Shown here in pieces: positions 49,205 through 57,306 of a stretch of DNA of 57,306 nt. Below the pieces are notes generated by a model. The model did no database searches, was not told where the DNA came from, and worked only from the letters and a program-made list of their open reading frames with translations. The first letter of the stretch is position 1. Every line of letters starts with the position of its first letter. Source of the DNA: Clostridia bacterium (GTDB taxonomy: Bacteria > Bacillota > Clostridia > Christensenellales > UBA1242); contig SAAW01000004.1 in NCBI GenBank assembly GCA_009929275.1, forward strand, positions 1 through 57,306, given 5' to 3'. The position numbers and the translations under genes are program-made.

Positions 49205-50779
49205 ATGAAGAAAAATAAAAAAGAAGAATTTGTGGAGGACTTGGTTGAGGCTGTAAAGTTGGACTTTGAAAACAGACAAAAGGAGAGAAAAAGTTATGAG
49301 GCAGAATGGAAACTTAACAGCAATTTTTATGGCGGAAATCAATATGTTGGGATTAATGCGATGAATGATTTGGTGAAAATTCCAAAAGAATTTTTCTGGC
49401 AAGAAAGGCAAGTCTTCAATCACATTGAGCCTATCGTCGAATCTCGCCTTGCAAAACTCACAGCAATAAGGCCAGAGATGGAAGTTATGCCTGCAAGCAA
49501 CAATGAAAGTGACATAAAAACGGCAAATATTTCAAGGGACATTTTAAAAAGCGTGTATGAAAAACTTAATCTTTCATCTGTCATTTCAAAGGCGACAATT
49601 TGGAGCGAGATCACAGGCACGAGTTTTTACAAAATAACTTGGAACAATTTTGCTGGCAAAAAAGTGTTTTCAAAAAATGACAAAACAATTTTTGAGGGAG
49701 AAGTGGAAGTTGTCCCTGTGTCGCCTTTTGAGATTTATCCCGACAGCAGTAGCAATGAAAATGTGGACGATTGCGAAAGCATAATTCACGCAAAAAGTTA
49801 TAGCACAAAAATGATTAAAAACATTTGGAAAGTGGACGTGCAAGGAAGCGACATTAACGAAATGAGCCTCACAGACAGTGCTCGTGAGGATTGCGTCAAA
49901 CATTCGCAAGCAGTTGTGATTGAAAGATATGAGGCCCCAAATGAGGAATGTCCGAACGGTCGGTTGGTAATAGTTTGCGGTGATAATCTGCTATATTTAG
50001 GCGAACTTCCGTTCAAAAACGGTGTGGACGGGAAGAGGGTTTTTCCGTTTGTGAAGCAAGTGTGTTGTAAAAGGCCGGGTTGTTTTTGGGGAAAAAGTGT
50101 CATAGACAAAATCATTCCAGTGCAACGAGCATACAACGCTCTTAAAAACAGAAAGCATGAATATCTAAACAGAATTAGTATGGGTGTTTTGACGGTGGAG
50201 GACGGAAGTGTCGACACAGAAAGTTTGGAACAAGAGGGGTTGCAAGCAGGCAAAATTTTGGTGTATAGACAAGGCTCGGAGCCACCAAAATTTTTGGCGG
50301 AAGAGACTCTTTCAGGTGACTTTGAAAACGAGGAAAAAAGACTGCTTTCTGAATTTAATGAAATCAGCGGAGTGAATAGCATCTTAACTTCAAACATAAG
50401 TTCACAAACAATAAGTGGAACGGCACTTGAACTTTTGATTGAACAAAGCACTTCAAGGTTAAGTTCTTCTGCCAATGAAATTGAAATGGCGGTTAAAAAT
50501 TTGGCAAAAATAATCCTTAGACTATATAAACAATTTGCAGTCGTGCCGAGAATTTTGAGATTGTCAAACTCTGAAAAAGAATTGTCTTTTTGGAAAAATT
50601 CTGACCTTGGGCAAGACGATATTCAATTTTTGAGCGACAGTGCCACAGAAGAAAGCCTTGCCTCAAAAAGAAGCAACATTTTAAAACTTTTGTCGTCGGG
50701 TGTGTTGCACAACAACGACGGAAAACTCGATGATAGTGTGAAGTTAAAAATTGCCACTTTGTTTGGCATTAATTTATAG
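49205..50779 (+). CDS. phage portal protein
   Basis: 524 aa directly after terL. N-terminal pattern WKLNSNFYGGNQY...VFNHIEPIVESRLAKLTAIRPEMEVMPAS...D is typical of portals. SD AGAGGAGA. Confidence 0.8.
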   Translation: MKKNKKEEFVEDLVEAVKLDFENRQKERKSYEAEWKLNSNFYGGNQYVGINAMNDLVKIPKEFFWQERQVFNHIEPIVESRLAKLTAIRPEMEVMPASNNESDIKTANISRDILKSVYEKLNLSSVISKATIWSEITGTSFYKITWNNFAGKKVFSKNDKTIFEGEVEVVPVSPFEIYPDSSSNENVDDCESIIHAKSYSTKMIKNIWKVDVQGSDINEMSLTDSAREDCVKHSQAVVIERYEAPNEECPNGRLVIVCGDNLLYLGELPFKNGVDGKRVFPFVKQVCCKRPGCFWGKSVIDKIIPVQRAYNALKNRKHEYLNRISMGVLTVEDGSVDTESLEQEGLQAGKILVYRQGSEPPKFLAEETLSGDFENEEKRLLSEFNEISGVNSILTSNISSQTISGTALELLIEQSTSRLSSSANEIEMAVKNLAKIILRLYKQFAVVPRILRLSNSEKELSFWKNSDLGQDDIQFLSDSATEESLASKRSNILKLLSSGVLHNNDGKLDDSVKLKIATLFGINL

Positions 50780-50792
50780 AAGGAGAAAAAAA

Positions 50793-51302
50793 ATGAATGA
50801 TGAAAATTTGGAACAACTAGAAAATTCGGAAATTGAAACTGAAAATGACCTTGAAAAAACGCAATTTGATGGCTCCAAAAAAGACGAGCAAATGTCTTTT
50901 TTAGGCAAGTTTAAAGATGCACAAAGTCTCTTTGTTGCCTATAATAATTTGCAAAGTGACTACACCAGAAAGTGTCAGGCACTATCTTCATTGCAAAGGA
51001 AATTTAAGGATAAGATTGACGAATTAAGTCCTGAAAATTTTGAGAAAAGCGGTGAAGAAAAAATTGTGAAAGAAAAGTTGTCAACTCTCGAAAAGGACAC
51101 ACTTTTACAAGAATACATATTTTCAAATGAGGACCTTAAAAGCAAAATTTTGACAAAATATTTTGATGAAATTTATTTGCCAAAAAGCCCAAAGTTGATC
51201 AGTGGCGACAGGGGAAGTAACCCAATTTTGTCCCCGATATCAAAACCAAAAACTTTGGAGCAAGCACAGAGCCTTGTTAGAGATATGTTCGACAAAAAAT
51301 AA
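50793..51302 (+). CDS. phage scaffolding protein
   Basis: ATG at 50793 after AGGAGAAAAA. Acidic coiled-coil protein with FKDAQSLFVAYNNLQSDYTRKCQ motif. Lies between portal and capsid. Confidence 0.6.
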   Translation: MNDENLEQLENSEIETENDLEKTQFDGSKKDEQMSFLGKFKDAQSLFVAYNNLQSDYTRKCQALSSLQRKFKDKIDELSPENFEKSGEEKIVKEKLSTLEKDTLLQEYIFSNEDLKSKILTKYFDEIYLPKSPKLISGDRGSNPILSPISKPKTLEQAQSLVRDMFDKK

Positions 51303-51391
51303 ACTTTTTGGAAATGTTTTATATTTTACAATTATTTTCAAAAAGACTTTTTGTTATTTTAAAAATAATATAAAAAAAAGGAAAAATAAAA

Positions 51392-52558
51392 ATGGTAACA
51401 TTAACAACTGCAGAGAACGCTCTTAAAAGCGTTTATCTCAATGTTTTGAGCGAACAATTAAACATAAACGCAAATGCTTTTTTGTCAAAAATTAAGCAAA
51501 CAAGCAAAGATGTTTTTGGAAAAGAAATCATAAAACTTGCACCTTATGGATTAAACGGCGGGATCGCTGCTTTAAGCGAAACGGGAACTCTCCCAACTGC
51601 AAGCGGACACAATTTTTTGCAATTTAAAACAAGTCTTAAAAATCTCTATGGCAAAATCTGTCTTTCAGACAAAGCAATTCGTGCAAGTGCATCAAACACT
51701 GGTGCTTTTGTGAATTTGCTTAATGATGAGATGGAAAGCCTCATAAAATCGAGTGCTTTCAATCTTGGAAGAATGATTTATGGCGATGGCACAGGACTTC
51801 TTGCCACAGCAACTGTGACAGAAACAGTTGTCACTTTTGACACTGTGAAAAGTATGGTGGAAGGAATGAAAGTGGACGTCTTTAACAGCGCAACTCCCGT
51901 TGCTCTTGGCGCAACTATAACCTATGTGGATAGACAAGCAAAAAAAGTTACTTTTGACGCAGAGATTGCTTTTGTCACAGGCTACACTGTGTTTGCAAGT
52001 GCTTCAAAGGGCAATGAAATCACAGGTATAAAAAGATTGTTTGACAAAACAGAAGCAAACAAATTGCTTTATGGTGTGGACAGGACAGACTATGCTTGGC
52101 TCTATCCATACATTAACTTAAACGGCGGAAGTGACAAAGACATAACCGACGCTATGATTCAAAACGCTATTAACAGCATTGAAGAAGAAACTGGTGCACA
52201 GCCAGACTTCATTGCTGTGTCAGGGGACGTGAGAACGGCATATCAAACATATCTGAACACAAACCGAAGAAATATTGACATAGCCACCCTTGCAGGTGGA
52301 TATAAGGCAATGACGTATGCGGGAATCCCTGTTGTTTATGAGAGATTTGTGGAAGACGGCGAAATGTATTTTTTAAATTCAAAAGATTTCAATCTTCATC
52401 AACTTTGCGATTGGGAATGGTTGGAGGGCGAAAATGGAAACATTTTAGTTCCAAGTTCAACAACCCCAACATATTCTGCAACGCTTGTGAAATATGCCGA
52501 ACTAATCTGCGACAGACCTGGTGCACAAGGAAAAATCTCAAACATTAAGTCGGTTTAA
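51392..52558 (+). CDS. phage major capsid protein (presumed HK97 fold)
   Basis: 388 aa in the canonical position after the scaffold gene. Composition is typical of major capsid proteins. No protease gene is present. Confidence 0.75.
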   Translation: MVTLTTAENALKSVYLNVLSEQLNINANAFLSKIKQTSKDVFGKEIIKLAPYGLNGGIAALSETGTLPTASGHNFLQFKTSLKNLYGKICLSDKAIRASASNTGAFVNLLNDEMESLIKSSAFNLGRMIYGDGTGLLATATVTETVVTFDTVKSMVEGMKVDVFNSATPVALGATITYVDRQAKKVTFDAEIAFVTGYTVFASASKGNEITGIKRLFDKTEANKLLYGVDRTDYAWLYPYINLNGGSDKDITDAMIQNAINSIEEETGAQPDFIAVSGDVRTAYQTYLNTNRRNIDIATLAGGYKAMTYAGIPVVYERFVEDGEMYFLNSKDFNLHQLCDWEWLEGENGNILVPSSTTPTYSATLVKYAELICDRPGAQGKISNIKSV

Positions 52559-52593
52559 CAAAGAAATATTGTGAGAAACAATGGAGAGTCAAA

Positions 52594-52968
52594 ATGAAAA
52601 ATTATAGGATAGAAATTAAAAATGACGTGCTTTGCATTTCAAAAAGGATAAAGAAAATTGATAGGAATTATAAAATTTTTTTCAATCAAAATTCTGGGAA
52701 TTTTGAAGTGTGGCACAAAAAAGAACTATCACTTGTGTTGGGAAAAACACTGGACAATTTGGCTCTTTTAAAAACTCACAAAACAAACATCAGAAACTCA
52801 AAGACACTGCTTCAAAATATGGAAGAAACAAACGAAAAACTGAAAATGAATGAAAATGACGACCTTGAAAACAAAAATAAGGCCCTTCTTTCCAGTCTGC
52901 TTTCATATTTAGATAAAAAGTCTTGCGAAACTGATTTTAAAGATATTAACACGACAAAATGGTTTTAA
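52594..52968 (+). CDS. hypothetical phage-module protein
   Basis: SD GGAGAG. 124 aa, basic N-terminus and coiled-coil C-terminus. Confidence 0.55.
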   Translation: MKNYRIEIKNDVLCISKRIKKIDRNYKIFFNQNSGNFEVWHKKELSLVLGKTLDNLALLKTHKTNIRNSKTLLQNMEETNEKLKMNENDDLENKNKALLSSLLSYLDKKSCETDFKDINTTKWF

Positions 52969-52982
52969 AAAAGGAGAAAAAA

Positions 52983-53561
52983 ATGACTGTTTTAGAATTA
53001 TTAAAAAATGCAAGTTTTTATTTGAACTTGGACGATGAATTTGCTCCTTACTTCGACTCTTCTTCGGTCACTCCAAATGACGAAACAAAAAGAGAGTGGG
53101 GTAAAATGCTCTGTGCTTTCAATTCTCTCATCAAAAGCATCGCAACCGAAAGAATTCCTCTCACAAAAGAAGAAGAAATTGCGTTTGATTGCAACGGCGA
53201 ATTTTTGCTAAACACTCTTGCAGAAAAATTTCATTCCATTCAAACTATCACGGGCTACAGCGGTTTTGTGTTCGCAAGTTCTTCAAATGACGGAAAGTTA
53301 AAGTCGAATTACAAGGGACCTGCCGTCTTAAAATATGCTTATGTCCCAGCAGACTTTGTCGTTGAAGATGAAGTCAGCGTGTTTGATGGGGTGCTAAATG
53401 ATTTGGTCTATTCCTATGGAATTGCCTACATCTATTGTGAGATGTACGCACTTTATGACGACGCACAAATGTGGAAAGAAAAGTTTGAAAAGGCAATCAA
53501 TGATTGTATGAGTGGAGTTGTGCGGGAGCGGGTGATGAGAGTTAGAAGGTGGCTAAACTAA
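52983..53561 (+). CDS. head-tail connector (gp6-like)-type protein, putative
   Basis: ATG at 52983 after AAGGAGAAAAAA. The N-terminus MTVLELLKNASFYLNLDDE resembles the gp6-like connector opening (L..LK..LRIDxDD). 192 aa. Confidence 0.45.
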   Translation: MTVLELLKNASFYLNLDDEFAPYFDSSSVTPNDETKREWGKMLCAFNSLIKSIATERIPLTKEEEIAFDCNGEFLLNTLAEKFHSIQTITGYSGFVFASSSNDGKLKSNYKGPAVLKYAYVPADFVVEDEVSVFDGVLNDLVYSYGIAYIYCEMYALYDDAQMWKEKFEKAINDCMSGVVRERVMRVRRWLN

Positions 53562-53562
53562 A

Positions 53563-55038
53563 ATGACGAAAAAAAGTTACACTAAAAAAAGGCTTTTCAT
53601 CGACAATTTTTCTTCAATGCAAAACAAAGATAATAACGAATATGATCTCGAACTCTGTGAGCCAAAAACTTGCTTTAATGTGAAAGAAAATCTGGGAACT
53701 CTTGTGTGCACAAATGGGTTGATTCATCTAAAATTACCAATCTCACAAAGTTTTGTGTTTGAGACAAATATGAGAGAATTGTCTGGCATCACTTTTTCTA
53801 AAATTTGGCACTACAAATATTTTAGTCGCATAAACAACAGATACGAATATATTTTGGTGGCTTATGCAAGTGACAAAAAACTCTATTATACAAACATATT
53901 TTTTGCCGATGACTCTTTTCACAAAATTGACATCACCGTTAACTCCGAGCCTTCTGCGATAAACTTTATTGTTTCAGGCGACGATGTGATTGGCTTTTCT
54001 TCGCTGGAAGATGACTTTTTGGTGTGGTATTGCGATGCGAACCCCTATTCCGTTACAACTGCTCCAAGGTTTATATCGATATGTATGCACAAGCAAAGGT
54101 TGTTTGTCATAGACGCAGAAAACGACAATTTGGTGCGTTTCAATTCAAAAACTGACCCAATGGAATGGACAACTTCAAACGATGGGGAAGACGCGGGAAC
54201 GATTGAAATGAATGACTATAAGGGACACTTGAAAAATTTGCTCTCTTTTGGCGACTATGTATATGTTTTCAGAGATAATGGCATCTCAAAAATAATTTCA
54301 TATTCTTCCGATTCACTATATTCCGTGAGCAATGTCTATTCGAGCAGTAGAATAATCTATTGCTCCACGGCTTGTGTCTGCGAAGACAAAATATATTTTT
54401 TGCAAGAGGACGGACTTTATGAGTTTGATGGCTCAAAAGTTGAAAAAGTGGATTTGAAATTTTCATCAATGCTTAACGGGAACTCGCAGGAATTTGCTAA
54501 CACTTGTTTTTATGATGGGAAATTATATATTTCGTGCAAGTTGAATTTTGACGATAACACGACAGTAGGTTGCGAAAGTGGGTCGTTCAAAAACAATTGC
54601 CTTATGGAATTTGATCCAAAAACAAAAAAATATAACATCACTCGTGGCGTGGACATCTGTTGTATGATTGGCTTAACCGATTTGTTTGTGAATAAACTAA
54701 TTGTTTTGCAAAATAGCAGTTCTTTTCTTTGGCAACTTGATAAAACGGGGATTTTGCACAACACAGTGCTCCCAAAAAAATGGGAAAGCGGGAAGATAAC
54801 TTTAAGCAGTTATTCGACAAACAAAATCCTTAAAGAAATTAGACTGAAATGTTCTTGCAGTTGCAACATTAAAATCGAGTGTGAAAACAGAATCAAGACA
54901 TTTTCGCTTGTGAAAAGTGAAAAGATAACAAGACTAGTGTGTTTGCTTTCTGGGAAAGAGTTTAAACTGACTATTTCGTCAAATGATAACGAACTTAGTA
55001 TTTCAAATTTGGAGATGATTTTTATTGAAGAAAGTTAA
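53563..55038 (+). CDS. large beta-rich structural protein (candidate nozzle/tail/receptor-binding protein)
   Basis: 491 aa, starting 1 nt after the previous stop. Repeated hydrophobic-Tyr/Phe-Asp/Gly strand-turn patterns suggest a beta-propeller or beta-sandwich. No motif recognised. Confidence 0.5.
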   Translation: MTKKSYTKKRLFIDNFSSMQNKDNNEYDLELCEPKTCFNVKENLGTLVCTNGLIHLKLPISQSFVFETNMRELSGITFSKIWHYKYFSRINNRYEYILVAYASDKKLYYTNIFFADDSFHKIDITVNSEPSAINFIVSGDDVIGFSSLEDDFLVWYCDANPYSVTTAPRFISICMHKQRLFVIDAENDNLVRFNSKTDPMEWTTSNDGEDAGTIEMNDYKGHLKNLLSFGDYVYVFRDNGISKIISYSSDSLYSVSNVYSSSRIIYCSTACVCEDKIYFLQEDGLYEFDGSKVEKVDLKFSSMLNGNSQEFANTCFYDGKLYISCKLNFDDNTTVGCESGSFKNNCLMEFDPKTKKYNITRGVDICCMIGLTDLFVNKLIVLQNSSSFLWQLDKTGILHNTVLPKKWESGKITLSSYSTNKILKEIRLKCSCSCNIKIECENRIKTFSLVKSEKITRLVCLLSGKEFKLTISSNDNELSISNLEMIFIEES

Positions 55039-55138
55039 TAGAAAAACGAGTAAAAAAAAGGTGTTTTATGCAAAAATAATAAGGGAAGAAGACTTAAAAA
55101 ACGGCTTTAAAAAAATTCTAAACAGCAAGTAAAAAATT

Positions 55139-55357
55139 ATGTGGGACGAAATTTTCAAAATGGCTCTTTCAAACGGCATTTGGGCAGTTCTCTTTGTGGC
55201 ACTTTTGATTTTTCAACTAAAAGATAGTGCAAAAAGGGAAAAGAAATATCAGGAAACAATCGCAAAACTCAATTCTCACCTAGATTGCGTGGAAGACATT
55301 AAAGACGAAATCAAAGAAATACGCTCGGCAATCTTAAAAGGAGTGAAAAACAAATGA
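55139..55357 (+). CDS. BhlA/UviB-family holin-like protein
   Basis: 72 aa. NGIWAVLFVALLIFQLKDSAKREKKYQETI matches my recollection of the BhlA pattern (G.FAVLF..LL.Y..K.S.ERE.K). Single TM plus coiled coil. Confidence 0.65.
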   Translation: MWDEIFKMALSNGIWAVLFVALLIFQLKDSAKREKKYQETIAKLNSHLDCVEDIKDEIKEIRSAILKGVKNK

Positions 55358-55632
55358 ATAAAGACAAAAAATCACTGTCATTTTGGCTCGGATTTTCTTG
55401 CTTTGTTTTAGGGCTTTTGGAGACAATACTCTTGTCTTTTGGCATCGACTTTATCATAAATATCATCGTGGAAGGAGTGGCAATCTTGCTTTTTGTTCTC
55501 GTTTATTTTGGCGTGTTTAAAGCAAACGAGGAAGAAAACATTGAGGAAACTTATGAAAACATTAAAAGTTGCCTTAAAAAATCACTCAAAGACAAAGACA
55601 AAAGCCTTGATGACGACGAAAAAGAGGACTAG
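55354..55632 (+). CDS. two-TM small membrane protein with acidic tail (class-II-holin-like topology)
   Basis: ATGA overlap with the previous ORF, SD AAAGGAGTG. Two TM segments followed by a K/D/E-rich tail. Confidence 0.55.
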   Translation: MNKDKKSLSFWLGFSCFVLGLLETILLSFGIDFIINIIVEGVAILLFVLVYFGVFKANEEENIEETYENIKSCLKKSLKDKDKSLDDDEKED

Positions 55633-55652
55633 ATTTATAATTTATCTTAAAA

Positions 55653-55683
55653 GAGCACCAGAAAAACTTTGGTGCTTTTTTTA
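55653..55683 (+). terminator. strong intrinsic terminator closing the phage-like operon
   Basis: Stem GAGCACCA / TGGTGCTT with a 9-nt loop, followed by T7. Confidence 0.8.
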
Positions 55684-55867
55684 TTTTTTTGAACTTGAAG
55701 ATATCAAAAGTTTTTCGTAATTTCAAAAAAACAGTTGCATTTTTTTTTGTTTTAATGTATTGTTAGTAACATAGATTGAGTTTTTGTGTTGCAAAATTTC
55801 ACTGCTAGCGGGAATATTTTAGTTTACAATTCGTCTTTTGACGACTATATTTTGAGGAATATATACA

Positions 55868-56812
55868 ATGATTTTTAGAAATTCGATTAGACTTCTACTA
55901 ACCAACTTCTCAACAGTTTGGAAAGTCCTTGTTTACTATCTAATATGTTTCACGGTGACTATTGGTGTTTGCTATTTGCTCGCTGAACCAATTGTTCAAA
56001 AATTGACGCAAGCAAACATTTTTGAGGACGCAATTGCCATAATTAACAACATTTTTTCAAGCAATCCAACCACCACTGCCTACACCGCAAGCGAACTTTT
56101 AAGTAAGGCATGGACGATAATAATCACAAACTTTCAGTTCAAATTCAATTTTATTTTCCTCATCATTTGGCTTGTTTTTGCTTTTCCATATTTGCTTAAC
56201 CTTTGCCAACTTGCAATGGGCGACCTTCTCTATGGATATATGACAAGTCAAGTGAAATATTCTTTTTCTGGCAGAATGATCATCAATCTTGGCAGGAGTG
56301 CAGTGTTTTCGCTCGTCAGATTTGTTGTTATGTTAGCGTTTAATTTGGTAAGTATAGGGCTTTTTGTGCTTTCGGTGTCGCTGGCAATCACTGGGGTGAT
56401 ATCAAACATTCTTTTGGCTCTTGGGGTTCTCACTTTGCTCATTTGCTTCGTTGCCTTTAAACAAACATTGTTTTCTTGCTGGATGCCCGCATTAGCGGTC
56501 TTAGGCGTCAATCCTTTTAAGGCATTAAAACGAAACTTTAAAGCAGTTTTTCAAAACTTTTTTGCTGTCTATTCCAATTTTTTGCTTCTTTGCTTTTTAA
56601 CTGTGGTTGTGAACTTATTTTGTTGTGTTTTCACGGCGTCCATTTCTCTCATCATCACTTTGCCACTCACTGTCTTTGCCTTTTCGGTGTTCCAAATGGT
56701 GACTTACTTCACTTCCCAAGGAATGAGATTTTATGTCTATCCAGACCTGTTCATTTCGCCAAAACACTTTGAAGAACAAGACAAAATTAAGAGAATTAAA
56801 AATCTTTTGTGA
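55868..56812 (+). CDS. multi-pass membrane protein of unknown function
   Basis: 314 aa and about 6-7 TM segments. No SD. Confidence 0.6.
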   Translation: MIFRNSIRLLLTNFSTVWKVLVYYLICFTVTIGVCYLLAEPIVQKLTQANIFEDAIAIINNIFSSNPTTTAYTASELLSKAWTIIITNFQFKFNFIFLIIWLVFAFPYLLNLCQLAMGDLLYGYMTSQVKYSFSGRMIINLGRSAVFSLVRFVVMLAFNLVSIGLFVLSVSLAITGVISNILLALGVLTLLICFVAFKQTLFSCWMPALAVLGVNPFKALKRNFKAVFQNFFAVYSNFLLLCFLTVVVNLFCCVFTASISLIITLPLTVFAFSVFQMVTYFTSQGMRFYVYPDLFISPKHFEEQDKIKRIKNLL

Positions 56813-57085
56813 AAAACAAAAATTTTTAGCAATGTTTTTGATAGTAAAGTGTTATTTCCTGCTTAAAATTGCGTTATTTGAAAGCAAACAAAAACAAAGA
56901 TATCATAAAAAAACAAGTGAAATTGATTTCAAAAGATAAAAAACAAATTTGATATAAAAAGATTTATTAATTTAAAATGCTTTGCGTTTTATTTGTAAAT
57001 GTGCAAAATTACATCTTAAATTAATAAGTTTTTTAAAAAAATACTTAAAAAAATAAAAATATCTTAAGGAGATAAAAAAATTAAT

Positions 57086-57306
57086 ATGCAAAATCTAAAA
57101 GTAAGTTTTCTAGGGGGAATCGGCGAAATCGGCAAAAATATGACCGTTCTTGAATATGGTAAGGATATGATTGTCATCGATGCAGGGCAGGCGTTCCCAG
57201 ATGAGGCAACTCCGGGTGTCGACACGGTTGTGCAAGACTTGACCTACCTTGAAAAAAACAAATCAAAAATCAGAGGACTTTTCATCACTCACGGACACCT
57301 CGACCA
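57086..57306 (+). CDS. rnj: ribonuclease J (3' end outside the window)
   Basis: Not in the ORF track because it is open-ended. The translation is MQNLKVSFLGGIGEIGKNMTVLEYGKDMIVIDAGQAFPDE...IRGLFITHGHLD, an RNase J N-terminus with the HxHxDH beta-lactamase motif. SD AAGGAG. Confidence 0.88.
   Translation, partial: MQNLKVSFLGGIGEIGKNMTVLEYGKDMIVIDAGQAFPDEATPGVDTVVQDLTYLEKNKSKIRGLFITHGHLD

Larger units (their letters stand above)
45728..55683 (+). mobile_element. compact phage-derived head/DNA-packaging island (no integrase, tail tube/tape measure or endolysin recognised)
   Basis: Contiguous regulator, terL, portal, scaffold, capsid, connector-like and holin-like ORFs with short gaps or overlaps. 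Bounded by strong terminators at 45633-45661 and 55653-55683. The boundaries are inferred. Confidence 0.6.

Noticed and set aside
55068-55079. Three-codon mini-ORF (ATG CAA AAA TAA) with a good SD (AAAGGTG) between the 491-aa ORF and the holin-like gene
   Set aside because: It is too short to interpret. It could couple translation to the SD-less holin-like gene, but there is no way to support this from sequence alone.
45728-55683. Interpretation as a complete inducible prophage or as an encapsulin nanocompartment
   Set aside because: It is not a complete prophage, because integrase, repressor, replication, tail and lysin modules are absent. It is not an encapsulin, because a portal and a large terminase (DNA-packaging machinery) are present and the capsid gene follows a scaffold gene.

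Overview
AT-rich, standard-code chromosomal segment with Bacillota (Clostridia-like) gene order, almost entirely on the + strand. About 45 kb is core housekeeping in two conserved blocks. Block 1 is nrdD-nrdG, floA, ruvC-ruvA-ruvB-queA-tgt-yajC-secD-secF-recJ. Block 2 is rpsO-pnp-(NodB deacetylase)-(M16 peptidase)-ftsK-rimO-pgsA-cinA-recA. These are followed by a small accessory patch (lipoprotein serine protease with tandem repeats, O-antigen-ligase-like membrane protein, small HTH gene, GH95-like hydrolase), then murG and a type IIA topoisomerase B/A pair. The stand-out region is about 45.7-55.7 kb. It is a tightly packed phage-derived head/packaging module: sigma-region-4-like regulator, large terminase, portal, scaffold, major capsid, connector-like ORF, one large beta-rich ORF and two holin-like ORFs. 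I can see no integrase, repressor, replication genes, tape measure, tail tube or endolysin in it. It lies between core genes and has a near-consensus LexA (Cheo) box directly downstream of an extended -10 element in the intergenic region upstream of the regulator gene (about 265 nt before its ATG). The same 16-mer, inverted, overlaps the -35 of a near-perfect promoter for a 101-aa HTH gene at 34.5 kb, and recA has its own weaker box. Other notable points are five exact-period 22-bp tandem repeats spanning the ruvC stop codon, a ~219-aa charged N-terminal extension on the topoisomerase A subunit, and a two-OB-fold SSB-like protein. No rRNA, tRNA or CRISPR array was recognised. All functional calls come from motif recognition by eye and from synteny; no database search was possible.
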